NCBI GenBank assembly: GCA_965215355.1
Contig: CBDCDJ010000007.1
Span: 2,570,285-2,634,284 of the forward strand
Reading direction: 5' to 3'
From: Trueperaceae bacterium
GTDB taxonomy: Bacteria > Deinococcota > Deinococci > Deinococcales > Trueperaceae
Length of the DNA stretch: 64,000 bases
Part shown: one piece after another, positions 7,981-18,027 of the stretch
How the letters are laid out: each line of letters begins with the position of its first letter
Numbering within the stretch: the stretch's first letter is position 1
The notes under the pieces: generated by a model
Database searches by the model: none
What the model was told of the DNA's origin: nothing
What the model saw: the letters and a program-made list of their open reading frames with translations, nothing else
Position numbers and translations under genes: made by a program

Positions 7981-10212
7981 TTGCGGCTTTTGAACTTCAA
8001 AACCCTGCTCGGCACGGCGCTGTTGTCGGCCGGCAGCCTGACCCTGGAAATCGCGCTGACGCGGGTTTTATCGGTGTTGTACGTGCAGTCCTACGTGTTT
8101 TTGGTGCTGTCGGTGGCGGTGTTGGGCGTGAGCGTGGGCGCGGCGCTGGCGACCCTGTTCCCGCGCCTCCGTGCCGAGACCGCCTTGTGGGCCAGTGCGG
8201 CGGGTTTGGCGGCTGTCCTGCTGACCCTCTCGAGCATCGTGACCGTGGGCTCGCCGTTGTGGTTGATGTTCGTTCTCACCGGGACGCCCTACGTGGGTGT
8301 CGGCCTGGCCCTGACGAGTTTGTTCAGCCGAAACGCCGAGGACAGCACCGTCTTGTACGGGGCCGACCTGGTCGGCGCGGGGCTCGGTGTCGTGGCCGCC
8401 CTCCCCTTGCTCAACGCCCTCGGCGGGCTCGGTGGGATGCTCGCGGCCGCGGCGCTGCTCGGCCTCTCTGGGGTGCTGCTCGGCCAAACCCGCTCGAGCC
8501 TGCTGCTGACAAGTCTCACCGCGCTCGCCGTTTTGAGCAGCCTCGTGTTTCCCTGGCTGCATTTGGACATGGAACGGCTGGCGACGCCGAAGCCGATTCT
8601 GGAACAATTCAGCGCTGGCGGCGACATCGTCGCCACGCGCTGGAACGCGTTTTCCCGCACCGACCTCGTCTACCGCGCCGACCGAGATGCTTACTACCTG
8701 TACGTCGACGGCGGCGCGGGCTCGCTCGTGCCCGACGCCGAAAGACCCGAACAGTGGTCGCGGGACATCGGCAGCTTTCCGTTTAAAGCCGACGTGCCGG
8801 AGAGTGCCTTCATCATCGGGCCGGGCGGCGGGTTGGACGTGGCACTGGCTTGGCTCCACGGTGTCGCAGACATCACCGCTGTCGAGGTCAACCGCTCGAG
8901 CGTCCAACTTGTCCGCGACCTCGGCGCGTATGCGGGAGACGTCTATGCTCCACCCGTCAAGGTCGCCATAGACGAAGGCCGGAGCGTCTTGCGGCGCAGC
9001 GGGCGCGACTACGACCTCGTCTTTCTGTCGCAGGTCATCACCCAAGCCGCCGAAGCGCGCGGCTACGCGCTCGCGGAAAATACGCTTTACACGACGAACG
9101 CCTTTCACGACTACCTGGAGCATCTTTCTCCCACCGGACAAATCGTTTTGAAGCTTTACGACGAACTCACGCTCAGCCGCGCGCTCTTCACCGCCTTGCA
9201 GACTCTCATGGAGACGGGCTTGACCGAAGCGGAAGCCACACGGCACGTCCTGGCCCTGCTCGACACGCGCGCGACGCCGCCCATCCCGCTTCTCGTCGTC
9301 AAAAAACAAGCCCTGTCGCGTGAGGAGGCCGTGCGGCTGGCTCGAGTCGCCGAAGCGAGTGGTTACGCCCTTTTATTCGTACCGGGTTTGCTCGAGAACC
9401 CACCCTTGGGCGCCCTGGCAGCGGGGCGTGAACAACTCGGCGACCTCATCGCAGCCGCAGCACCTACTGACTTGCGCCCCGTCAGCGACGACCGGCCCTT
9501 CTTCTATCAGTTCGAGCGCGGTTTGCCGCGGACGCTGAGGCCGCTCGTTCTCGTCCTCGAACTCGTTTCTATCCTTGGCATCGTCATCCTGGTTTCCGTT
9601 CAAAGAGGACTTGAGCCTTCGCTGAGAACCTTCCCCGCGCTGTTCACTGCGCTCGGCTTCGGCTTTATGGCCGTCGAAATAACCCTCATCCAGCGCACGC
9701 AGCTTTTTCTGGGCCGACCGGCGCTGGCGCTGAGCCTCGTTCTGGGTACGTTACTGTTGGGAGGCGGTGCAGGAAGCTTGTTGGCAGGACGACTTTTTAA
9801 AGGACGTTCCTGGCGGGGGATTTTCGTCTCGGCAGTTTCAGTCGCTGCTTTCTTACTCGTTTGGAATTTAGCGTGGCCCACGCTGACGAACACGTTTCTG
9901 GCGGAGAGTTTGGGGACTCGAGCCGCCCTAACCGCACTGAGCCTGCTCCCGCTGGCGTTCGCCCTCGGGATGCCTTTTCCGCTGGCCTTGCATTGGGCCG
10001 GCGCAGCGGGTGAACAGCAGGTGGCGCTGGCTTGGACGGTGAACGGCGTGGCTTCCGTCATGGGGGGTGTGGCGGCGACGGCGCTCGGGGTCGGGGTCGG
10101 CTTCCAAACAGTGGGGTTGGTGGCGCTGGGGAGCTACATCCTCGCCGCGCTATATGGTGCGTTACACCGAGCTGGCGCTGGTACGTTCAAGGCTTCGAAA
10201 GGAATGAGGTAA
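7981..10212 (+). CDS. Fused MFS-like membrane domains flanking a spermidine-synthase (PABS) fold ('fused MFS/spermidine synthase' family).
   Basis: 743-aa ORF. About 6 N-terminal TM helices, then a central PABS-like domain (FIIGPGGGLDVALAW…DYDLVFLS), then about 6 C-terminal TM helices. The TTG start is uncertain. Confidence 0.7.
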   Translation: MRLLNFKTLLGTALLSAGSLTLEIALTRVLSVLYVQSYVFLVLSVAVLGVSVGAALATLFPRLRAETALWASAAGLAAVLLTLSSIVTVGSPLWLMFVLTGTPYVGVGLALTSLFSRNAEDSTVLYGADLVGAGLGVVAALPLLNALGGLGGMLAAAALLGLSGVLLGQTRSSLLLTSLTALAVLSSLVFPWLHLDMERLATPKPILEQFSAGGDIVATRWNAFSRTDLVYRADRDAYYLYVDGGAGSLVPDAERPEQWSRDIGSFPFKADVPESAFIIGPGGGLDVALAWLHGVADITAVEVNRSSVQLVRDLGAYAGDVYAPPVKVAIDEGRSVLRRSGRDYDLVFLSQVITQAAEARGYALAENTLYTTNAFHDYLEHLSPTGQIVLKLYDELTLSRALFTALQTLMETGLTEAEATRHVLALLDTRATPPIPLLVVKKQALSREEAVRLARVAEASGYALLFVPGLLENPPLGALAAGREQLGDLIAAAAPTDLRPVSDDRPFFYQFERGLPRTLRPLVLVLELVSILGIVILVSVQRGLEPSLRTFPALFTALGFGFMAVEITLIQRTQLFLGRPALALSLVLGTLLLGGGAGSLLAGRLFKGRSWRGIFVSAVSVAAFLLVWNLAWPTLTNTFLAESLGTRAALTALSLLPLAFALGMPFPLALHWAGAAGEQQVALAWTVNGVASVMGGVAATALGVGVGFQTVGLVALGSYILAALYGALHRAGAGTFKASKGMR

Positions 10213-10330
10213 ACTCGGCTACGTAGAAGAGCAGGATTGGGGTTCATGGCTAAGCTAGCCGCTGCACTACAAGGCGGTTGAGGCTGTAAACGCCTGCCCA
10301 GCCAAACCAGGCATCGAAACAGAGGACGCC

Positions 10331-10648
10331 TCATAAAAGAAACTCCCGCTTTTCCGAACCAACGGCGGAGTCGAAGTACCCCCGAGCCCACATCTGGCCC
10401 CAGTACGTTTTGTGCAAACTCGTAAACTCTCGTTGCAACTTTTTTGACGCTTCCCTTTCAGTCACTGTACCAGCTGGCTTTCCGACAGCTGCGGCGAGAT
10501 GGCTACCAGCAGGTGGACGCTGGTCGCTCGACACCACCCCTTTGATAATCTTTATCTTCAACTCACTACAAGTCGCGCGCGTTATCGCTCGCAAACGGTG
10601 CGCTAGGCCACCCCGCAAATTGGGTTTGCGGTACCTTGTACACCACAC
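10331..10648 (-). pseudogene. tnpA: IS200/IS605-family Y1 transposase (tnpA) remnant with a degenerate HUH motif.
   Basis: The reading carries …WCTRYRKPNL…IKIIKGVVSSDQRPPAGSHLAAAV…KLQREFTSLHKTYWGQMWARGYFDSAVG. This is colinear with TnpA (VWCPKYRR … DHVHLL … LWARGYF.STVG), but HVHLL has become SHLAA and both ends are truncated. Confidence 0.5.
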
Positions 10649-10840
10649 TAAATGTACCTCTAGCTCGAACTTTGTACGATTGTCTTCGCGGTACTTGTTT
10701 TAACTTGACCCGTTTTGAAAGAGAGTCAGAGTGGCTAACCTGTATCCAAGGTGTCACGACTGTAAAGCGAGTACCAACAGTGAGCACTACCTGGTTCACG
10801 ACGCTGCTGGTTTGAAGCGTGCACGACGCCTGAGCTGTGG

Positions 10841-11623
10841 TTGTGCCTCGGCTGTTTGGAAACGAGGCTGGGCAGGCGGCTGGTACCGAGTGGCTTTCAG
10901 CCCGTCAACCTCAACTTCAACCCGCTTATCAAGGACAGGTCCCAACGCTTCCAGAACCGGGTGGGCTTGGACGAGCTTTTGGTTTGTAACGACCCTGAGG
11001 TGTTCGACGCGCTTTACGCCCACTTCCCCTTTCTCAAGGACCATCCCCTGGACCTGAACGGCAGCTTCATCGACGACGCGCGCAGCCTGGGGAAGTTGCA
11101 ACGCCCTGACCTGCTGGGGTTCGTCATGGCCTATGAGCTGGAACGCGAGCCCTACCCCAGCGACTTTCCTTTTCTCACAGCCGAGCAGAACCGGCAGCTC
11201 TGCTGTCACCAAGATTTGCGCCCGGTAATCCCCTGGCCGCAACCTCTCACGACCCTGGTCCAGCGAGCAGACGGACAACTGGTCACAGGAAACATCCGGA
11301 AGGTGACGGTGGTACTTAAGAATGCCGGCAACGCCCAGGTGTGGTTCGGGGGTGACACGGCTGTGCTCTGGGAAGCCTACTTCGACAGGCAGCTTCAAGC
11401 TCGGGATGACCACGCGATACTGATGACGCAACTCTGGGGCGTGCTCGAGGCATACCTGCAACGCGTAGGGGTGACACAGGTTTATACCTACGCGAGTGAC
11501 CCAGCGTTTGAAGATGACTGGTATCAGCCTTGGTTGGAAGCTAGAGGCTATAGGGTGGCGGATGAAAGTCCTAGACGAGCGATGAGAAAAGAGCTAAGAA
11601 TTCATGGGCAGGCGCAACTGTAG
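10841..11623 (+). CDS. Hypothetical protein; the C-terminal half is weakly GNAT-acetyltransferase-like.
   Basis: 260-aa ORF in the lower-GC islet. The true start is probably internal (for example the MAYELERE methionine). No confident family. Confidence 0.3.
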   Translation: MCLGCLETRLGRRLVPSGFQPVNLNFNPLIKDRSQRFQNRVGLDELLVCNDPEVFDALYAHFPFLKDHPLDLNGSFIDDARSLGKLQRPDLLGFVMAYELEREPYPSDFPFLTAEQNRQLCCHQDLRPVIPWPQPLTTLVQRADGQLVTGNIRKVTVVLKNAGNAQVWFGGDTAVLWEAYFDRQLQARDDHAILMTQLWGVLEAYLQRVGVTQVYTYASDPAFEDDWYQPWLEARGYRVADESPRRAMRKELRIHGQAQL

Positions 11624-12293
11624 GTTTCTGTTCAGATGCCCCCGCTGGTCCGATTTGGCTTACGTCTTGCTGGTCGTTCTCAATCTCAGCTACCAGCCGC
11701 CGACGACGCAGCTCAAAGCCCTCTCGTTGTTCTTGAGGTGAACCGCGCGCCCCCTTATATGGTTTCCTTAAATTGTACTCGGGTGCAGCCCCAAACCGTC
11801 GGATAAATAGTGGCGGATGCTTGGCAGAGCTTTCAGTCACTGTGTCAGTGACGCGATTTCAGCTCGAGTCGGCCTGTCATCCGACAGAGTCTAATCTAAT
11901 TTGGCTGTCGGACAAACCCACGTATCGGCCCTTCTCGCGAGGGTACAAGCCGCGGCTTTTACGTTCTGCAAGAGCCTCCATCTAACGTTGGTTATGTTTC
12001 ACCCTGTTCCAACCGTCGGAAAAATTGCCTATTTAGGGTTCCAGCCATTAGACCTTCCCTGAAAAGGTCACAAAAGTCAAGTGATTTGAAGACATAATCG
12101 AATAGTAAGTATCGACGAAGACTGAAGAAAAGAACCTAGCGGTTGTGCTTCCCTGCGCACTCCTGGTGAGTTTTGAGCAACTCGGTGCATGATGCGGTTC
12201 AATCGAAGGTGGGTGCTGCCATCTCTTGCGCAGTATCTCTAAGAGCTGAGGTCTAATGATAACAACCCGTATCCACGACCGCGCAGGCACGGC

Positions 12294-12539
12294 GTGCTCA
12301 GCTACCGCCACCGCGGCATGGCGGCTTTGAAGCTGGGCAGGCAGCTCGAAAAGGGAGAAACCGTTCACCACAAAAGCGGCGATAAAGCGGACTTGCACCC
12401 GGACAACCTCGTCATCTTCTCGAGTCACCGCGCCCACATGCTGTTCGGCAACTACCAACTGCGCAAACAGAAAGGGGTTTGCCACCTTTTCTCAACCGAA
12501 GAACTCCTCGCTATACGTGGCGAGTGGATGAAGCTATAG
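12294..12539 (+). CDS. Small HNH endonuclease-family protein, possibly truncated.
   Basis: …ETVHHKSGDKADLHPDNLVIFSSHRAHMLFG… fits the HNH (H-N-H) signature. It uses a GTG start, and an in-frame stop lies just upstream. Confidence 0.5.
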   Translation: MLSYRHRGMAALKLGRQLEKGETVHHKSGDKADLHPDNLVIFSSHRAHMLFGNYQLRKQKGVCHLFSTEELLAIRGEWMKL

Positions 12540-12572
12540 ACCTTAGTCCGTAGGTTAGTCTATAGTGGAGTC

Positions 12573-12800
12573 ATGAGCACGCCTGTAAATATCCATGAGG
12601 CCAAGACCCACTTCTCGAAGTTGCTCGAGCGGGTTGCATTGGGTGAGGAAATCATCATCGCGCGAGCGGGGGAGCCCGTCGCCAAGTTGAGCCCTCTGAC
12701 GCCTCGCAAAGCGCGGACGCCAGGTGGGGCGGAAGGGCTCATCGTACCCGAGAGCTTTTTCGAAGCCTTACCCGAAGACTTCATGCAACACTTCGAGTGA
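12573..12800 (+). CDS. Type II antitoxin, Phd/YefM family.
   Basis: 75-aa ORF; MSTPVNIHEAKTHFSKLLERV… is a typical Phd/YefM N-terminus. Confidence 0.85.
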   Translation: MSTPVNIHEAKTHFSKLLERVALGEEIIIARAGEPVAKLSPLTPRKARTPGGAEGLIVPESFFEALPEDFMQHFE

Positions 12801-13183
12801 GGCTGCTCCTGGACACGCACACCTTCTTGTGGTGGTGCGCGAACGATTCCAAACTCTCCGAAACCGCCTTACACGCGATCGCGGACGCCGACAACGAGGT
12901 TTTGGTAAGCGCCGTGAACGGTTGGGAAATAGCCATCAAAGCTCGCCTCGGCAAACTGCCCTTGCCCGACCCGCCCCGGGTGTTCATGAGTAAAATGCTC
13001 GAGCGGCACGCTTTTGGGGTTTTGCCCATCACGCTCAACCACGCTTTAGCCGAGTTCGAGCTGCCGACGCATCACAACGACCCGTTCGACCGGCTCCTCG
13101 TGGCTCAGGCACAAGTGGAAGGTCTGACACTCGTAACTGACGACGGCAAACTCCAGTTGTACGGTGCCGACACGCTGTGGTAA
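12797..13183 (+). CDS. vapC: Type II toxin VapC (PIN domain).
   Basis: 128-aa ORF with LLLDTH…WE…D PIN-domain acidic residues. It overlaps the antitoxin by 4 nt (GTGA). Confidence 0.85.
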   Translation: MRLLLDTHTFLWWCANDSKLSETALHAIADADNEVLVSAVNGWEIAIKARLGKLPLPDPPRVFMSKMLERHAFGVLPITLNHALAEFELPTHHNDPFDRLLVAQAQVEGLTLVTDDGKLQLYGADTLW

Positions 13184-13186
13184 CAG

Positions 13187-13216
13187 TGAAGTTATGAAGT
13201 AAACTTCATAACTTCA
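13187..13216. terminator. Perfect 14-bp inverted repeat TGAAGTTATGAAGT-aa-ACTTCATAACTTCA between convergent genes; likely a bidirectional terminator or other structured element.
   Basis: Read directly, immediately 3' of vapC. It is AT-rich. Confidence 0.5.
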
Positions 13217-13264
13217 AATGAAACTATTGTTGTGCTGAATAAGAAACCTGAAGTACCCCAACCA

Positions 13265-13729
13265 TCAGGTCTGACTCGTCCTGGGGTTCAGGATGATTTG
13301 AACACTGTCGCCGAGCAAGTTGAAGGCGAGTGTGCTCAGGAAAATCAGCAGCCCCGCGAACGTCGCTATCCACCAGACCCCGCTTTGCACGAACAGCCGC
13401 CCCTCACTGACCATCACGCCCCAGTCGGCGGTGGGGGGTTGAACGCCGATGCCTAGGAAACTTAGGCCCGTCACCATCATGATGGCCGTGCCCAGGTCGA
13501 GGGTGGCCTGAACGAGCACGGGCGTCATGAGGTTGGGCAAGACGTATTTGACGATGATGCGCCCGTCCCCAGCGCCGAGGCCCTGGGCGGCCTGTACAAA
13601 AGCACGCTCGCGTAAGCTCACCGCCTGACCACGCGCGATGCGGGTGTACCACGGCCACCAGGTCAGGGCGACGGCGATGACGGTGTTGGTGAGCGTGGGC
13701 TCGAGTACCGTCTTAAACGCCTACACCCA
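13265..13729 (-). pseudogene. C-terminal about 150-aa fragment of an OppC/DppC-type ABC permease.
   Basis: …LEPTLTNTVIAVALTWWPWYTRIARGQAVSLRERAFVQAAQGLGAGDGRIIVKYVLPN… is colinear with the C-terminal third of DppC. An upstream in-frame stop leaves no N-terminal two-thirds. Confidence 0.7.
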
Positions 13730-15133
13730 ACCGCGCATGAGCCGTTACTTGAAAAAACTCGAGTGCGGCCTGAGAGACCGCCACTACCAGGGCTCGTTCG
13801 CGGTAATGCAGTCTTCAGGCGGGATGACCTCGAGCGCGGTCGCGCAGGAGGTGCCCATCCGCACGGTCCAGTCGGGGCCGGCGGGCGGCGTCATAGGCGC
13901 GGCGGCCTTAGGGAGACGGCTCGGCCTCGACAACCTGGTCGCGGCGGACGTGGGCGGCACGACCTTCGACGTGGCGCTGGTGACCGGCGGGACGCTGCCG
14001 AAACGCAACCACACGAGCTACAACGGGCGGCCGGTCCTGCAGACCACCCTCGACATCGTCTCCATCGGCGCGGGCGGCGGCAGCCTCGCTTACGTCGACG
14101 CCGAGGGCGGCCTCCGGGTCGGCCCGCAGAGCGCCCAGGCCGACCCCGGCCCCGCCTGTTTCGGGCTGGGCGGCGAGCGCGCCACCGTGACCGACGCGCA
14201 GTTGGTGTTGGGCTACCTGAACTCCGAGAGTTACCTGGGCGAGCGGCTGAAGCTGGACGTTGCAGCGGCGCGGCGCGCCGTCCAGGCCGACGTGGCCGCG
14301 CCGCTGCAGCTCTCTGTCGAGGACGCCGCTGCGGGCGTCCTGCACCTCGCCAACATGAACATGAGCTACGCCGTGCGGCAAGTCACCTTGGAGCGCGGTC
14401 ACGACCCGCGCGACTTTACGCTGGTGAGTTACGGCGGCGGCGGCGGCCTGTTCGCAGGCGCCCTGCTGCGCGAGCTCGAGATGCGGCGCGTCATCGTGCC
14501 GCGCCATCCCGCGACCTTCTCCGCCTACGGGCTCTTGAACGCCGACTACCGCGAGGACGTGAGCCGCACCTTTGTCAAGCCACTCGCCGAGGTGACGCCC
14601 GGCGAGTTGGCGGAGCGGTTCGGCGAGCTTGAGGTCGAGGCGAAAGACTGGTTCGAAGAGCAGGGGCTCGCCAGCGGCGGGTTGACGGTCGAGCGGTTCG
14701 CGGAACTGCGCTACCTGGGCCAGGAACACACCCTGAAAATCCCGGTCGAAGGGCGAGACTTGGCCGCGGCAACCCTGAGCGCACTCCGCGAGCGGTTCGA
14801 CCTTTCTTACGAGCAGGCCTACGCCCACGCCCTCAAGGAGCACGGGCTCGAGTTCGTAGGTTTGCGGCTGGCGGCCAGCTTCCAAACCGAGAAGCCGAGC
14901 GTGCAAACCCTCGAGGCAGCGTCTGCCCCCGTCCAGGAGACCGTTGGCAGGCAACAGGACGTATTTATCGCCTCGCACAAGCGGTGGTTTACCTGCCCGG
15001 TGTACGCGCGTGACAGGTTGCGGGCCGGCCACGAACTGACCGGGCCCGCCGTGGTCGAGGAGTGGGACAGCACCGTCCTCGTGCGCTCCGGGTCGACACC
15101 TACGGCAACCTCAGCCTGGAGGCCACCTCGTGA
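13700..15133 (+). pseudogene. hyuA: Hydantoinase A / N-methylhydantoinase A (HyuA family), 5'-truncated by about 230 aa, with a C-terminal frameshift.
   Basis: Homology begins at …STVLNAYTQPRMSRYL…SGGM…. The C-terminal consensus RVDTYGNLSLEATS* appears only in the +2 frame from about 15085. The stop at 15131-15133 overlaps the hyuB GTG (GTGA). Confidence 0.75.
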
Positions 15134-15510
15134 ACGTCGACCCTATCACCCGGCAGGTCATCCGCAACGCGCTCACGGCGGCGAAAGAGATGCAGACGAC
15201 GCTCGTGAAAACCGCGCATAACCCGCTGATTTACGAGGTTCAAGACTTCGGCATGGTTTTGACCAACCGCTTCGGCCAGATGATTGCCGAGGGGTCGGGT
15301 TTGCCCGGGTTTTTGGCCTGCCTGCCGCCGACGATTCAGAGCGGGTTAGGGCGCACAAGTTTCAGCGAAGGCGACATCGTCTTGAGCAACGAGCCCGACG
15401 ACACCGGCACCCACCTCAGCGACACGGTCCTCTACACACCCATCTTTTACGAAGGCGAGCTCGTCGCGTTCTCGGCGGTGATGGCGCACTGGGCCGACAT
15501 CGGCGGGTCG
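15130..15510 (+). pseudogene. hyuB: Hydantoinase B (HyuB) N-terminal about 125-aa fragment.
   Basis: MNVDPITRQVIRNALTAAKEMQ…AVMAHWADIGG is a HyuB N-terminus. After about 15505 the frame reads E1-beta sequence out of frame. Confidence 0.7.
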
Positions 15511-15512
15511 AG

Positions 15513-16005
15513 GTGCCGCTCGTCATCCGGATGCCCGACGGCGCGATTCGCTCGGCGGCGGCGCAGCACTCGCAGTCGCTCGAGGCCCTGTTCTTGCACG
15601 TTCCGGGGCTGAAAGTGGTGACGCCGTCGAACCCCGCCGACGCCAAGGGCCTGCTCAAGGCCGCCATCCGTTCCCCCGACCCGGCGCTTTACTTGGAGCA
15701 CAAGGCGCTCTACACCGTGAAGGGCGAGGTACCGAGCGACGTGGTGGTGCCGCTGGGCACGGCGACGGTCGCGAGAGAAGGGCAGGACGTGACGCTCATT
15801 TCTTACTCCTTGACCCTGCGAAAAGCGCTGCAGAGCGCCGAGCAACTGGCAGAGCAAGGCGTGAGCGCCGAGGTCGTCGACCTGCGCAGCCTCAACCCGC
15901 TCGACTGGGACACGGTGTTCGCCTCGGTGCGCAAGACGAAGCGGGCGGTGGTGGCGCACGAGGCTTGGCGCGCCTACGGGGTCGGCGCGGAAATCGCCAC
16001 GCGTC
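15513..16005 (+). pseudogene. Internal fragment of a 2-oxoacid (pyruvate/acetoin) dehydrogenase E1 beta subunit.
   Basis: VPLVIRMPDGA…LKVVTPSNPADAKGLLKAAIRSPDPALYLEHKALY…EAWRAYGVGAEIA is the transketolase-like E1-beta core. About 140 N-terminal residues and the C-terminus are missing. Confidence 0.7.
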
Positions 16006-16009
16006 TACC

Positions 16010-16254
16010 ATTTCCGAACGCACTCGGGGCTCGAGGTCGACGTGGTCCTGGAAACGCCGGACGGTCGCCTGGTCGGTTTGGAAGTCAAGGCGGCAACGAC
16101 AGTGAGAAACGGTGACTTCCAGGGTCTCAGGGCCATGCAGGAGAGTTTTCCGAAGCAGTTCTGCCGCGGCGTGCTTCTGCACTTCGGGGAGAAAGTAGTG
16201 CCGTTTGGAGACAACTTGTGGGCTGCGCCGTTGGGGAGTTTGTGGGCAGTGTGA
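16010..16254 (+). pseudogene. C-terminal fragment of a DUF4143-domain AAA ATPase family protein.
   Basis: …SGLEVDVVLETPDGRLVGLEVKAATTVRNGDFQGLRAM…VVPFGDNLWAAPLGSLW matches the conserved C-terminus of that family. It is joined in-frame to the E1-beta fragment. Confidence 0.6.
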
Positions 16255-16959
16255 GAAAAGCGCCCCCTGTCTTTGTGGTCCTCTCCCCTACCCACCTCTC
16301 CAATACACTGCCCCGTCCCAAGCTTGGCAGTTACGGCAAGTGTTTGCGAACCCTAACGGGGACGTCTTTACGCTTGTGTGGCAATCAGGGATTGGGTCGC
16401 GTATGCCATTGGACAAAGCCTTCCGACCGCTCGGGGTTTGAGCGAAAGCAACCACAAAAAATGTACGTCCGGACTTTGACGCTTCGTTCAAAGCCAAAGA
16501 CCTATAAGCTGTGGCCTCGCAAATAATATGGCTTCACCTGCTCTTACTCGCTCGAGCCCCTTCACAACGTATCCGCTTCCCCAAACTTCAAAAGTGCTGG
16601 GTGTGGCAGGCAGTGTTTCGCACTTCGTCTTTCCAACCGCATGTAAAGTGACCAGCACCCTAAGCTTGTCCGGAAAGGGATAGAGCACTCAACCGAGCAA
16701 AAGCCGAGCGGACACGGAGCGAAGCCCGAGCTGTTTGGTGACGCACCTAAGCTGTAAAAAGGTTTGGGGGTGCTTACACTTGTTTCAAGCGCTATCCCAA
16801 GCCACGCCAAAATGCCTTTAGGCGTTTCGGCTGTTCATCTTGACAAACTGTGGAAGCACTGCCCAAAAGGTGCTTGACAAAGTTAACGCTCAGTTAGTAG
16901 ACTCAGACCAATTTAATTAATCGTTTAATCATCGACAACTGAAAGCCGTACAGACGGGG

Positions 16960-18012
16960 GTGGATGTGAAGGAAAAGGTAAAAAGTCAAACTCGACCCCG
17001 CCAAGTCGACGTAGCCCGACTTGCCAAGGTTTCACCGGCGGTCGTTTCTGTTGTTATGAACGGTAAGGTTAGTGGCAGCACGCGCGTCGGTGAAGAGGCA
17101 AGAAAGCGTGTACTGGCAGCGGTCGAGGAGTTAGGGTACAAACCCAACTTGCTGGCGCGTGGGCTCCGTGTCAACCGCAGCGGCGGCGTCGGCGTGATTG
17201 TAAAGGCCCTGCACACCTCCTTCAACGGCAGGCTGTTGAGCGGCATCGAACGGGTGATGGGCGACGCGGGTATGCACCTTATGATTTCAAGCGGCCGGGG
17301 CCAAAGGGACCGCGAGCGTACCGCCATCGAGTTCTTGCTCGCGCGCCGCTGCGACGCCCTTATCGTCAGCTTGAGCGCGACGAGCGACGCGGACTTGGTC
17401 GAATTCAGCCGTGCCGACCGGCCCATCATCGTGGTCGGCCACGAAGTGCCGGGCTTAGAGTCCTGCTGCATCACGCTCGACGACGTTTTGGGCGGCGTGT
17501 TGGCAACCAGACACCTGCTCGAGCACGGCCACCGCCGGGTTGCCCACATTTCGGGTCCGCTCGGTCACCGAGCCGCCCGCGACCGGCTGAGGGGCTACCG
17601 GCGAGCGCTCAGCGACGCGGGGCAGGATGTATCAGAACTCGTCGTTGCAGGAGATTTCAGTAAGCAGGGCGGCTTTGCGGCTGCCGGCAGACTGCTCGAG
17701 CAGGGTTTCACGCGGGGCGGCATCTTTGTGGCGAACGACCGCATGGCCGAGGGCGTGCTCGAGCGCCTGCGCGGCGTCGGGCTTAGGGTGCCCGAGGACG
17801 TGTCGGTCGTCGGCTACGACGACGCTTCGAGCGCGCCCTATCTCCGGCCCGCACTCACCACCGTTCACCAACCCATCCACGAGATGGGCGTCGCCGCCGC
17901 TCAGCTCGCGCTCAAGGTTCTCGGCACGGAAGAGAAGGAGGTAGAACAGTGTTTTGAGCCGCAACTCGTCGTTCGTGACTCGGTCAATAAGGCCCTGGAC
18001 GCACCAGGTTAG
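16960..18012 (+). CDS. LacI-family transcriptional regulator.
   Basis: 350-aa ORF with an N-terminal HTH (VDVARLAKVSPAVVSVVMNG) and a periplasmic-binding-protein-like effector domain. A TTGACA-type promoter and a near-palindrome TTAATCGTTTAA lie upstream (16913-16931). Confidence 0.9.
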   Translation: MDVKEKVKSQTRPRQVDVARLAKVSPAVVSVVMNGKVSGSTRVGEEARKRVLAAVEELGYKPNLLARGLRVNRSGGVGVIVKALHTSFNGRLLSGIERVMGDAGMHLMISSGRGQRDRERTAIEFLLARRCDALIVSLSATSDADLVEFSRADRPIIVVGHEVPGLESCCITLDDVLGGVLATRHLLEHGHRRVAHISGPLGHRAARDRLRGYRRALSDAGQDVSELVVAGDFSKQGGFAAAGRLLEQGFTRGGIFVANDRMAEGVLERLRGVGLRVPEDVSVVGYDDASSAPYLRPALTTVHQPIHEMGVAAAQLALKVLGTEEKEVEQCFEPQLVVRDSVNKALDAPG

Positions 18013-18027
18013 AGTTTTAGCAAAGCC

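Noticed and set aside
13187-13216. Possible Deinococcus radiation/desiccation response motif (RDRM), because the palindrome contains TTATG…CATAA.
   Set aside because: The spacing and internal bases do not match the RDRM consensus as I recall it. Its position immediately 3' of vapC between convergent genes favours a terminator or structural role.
15130-15612. 160-aa ORF as a full gene.
   Set aside because: Only the first about 125 residues are HyuB-like. The remainder is E1-beta sequence read out of frame, so this is treated as a fragment junction, not a gene.
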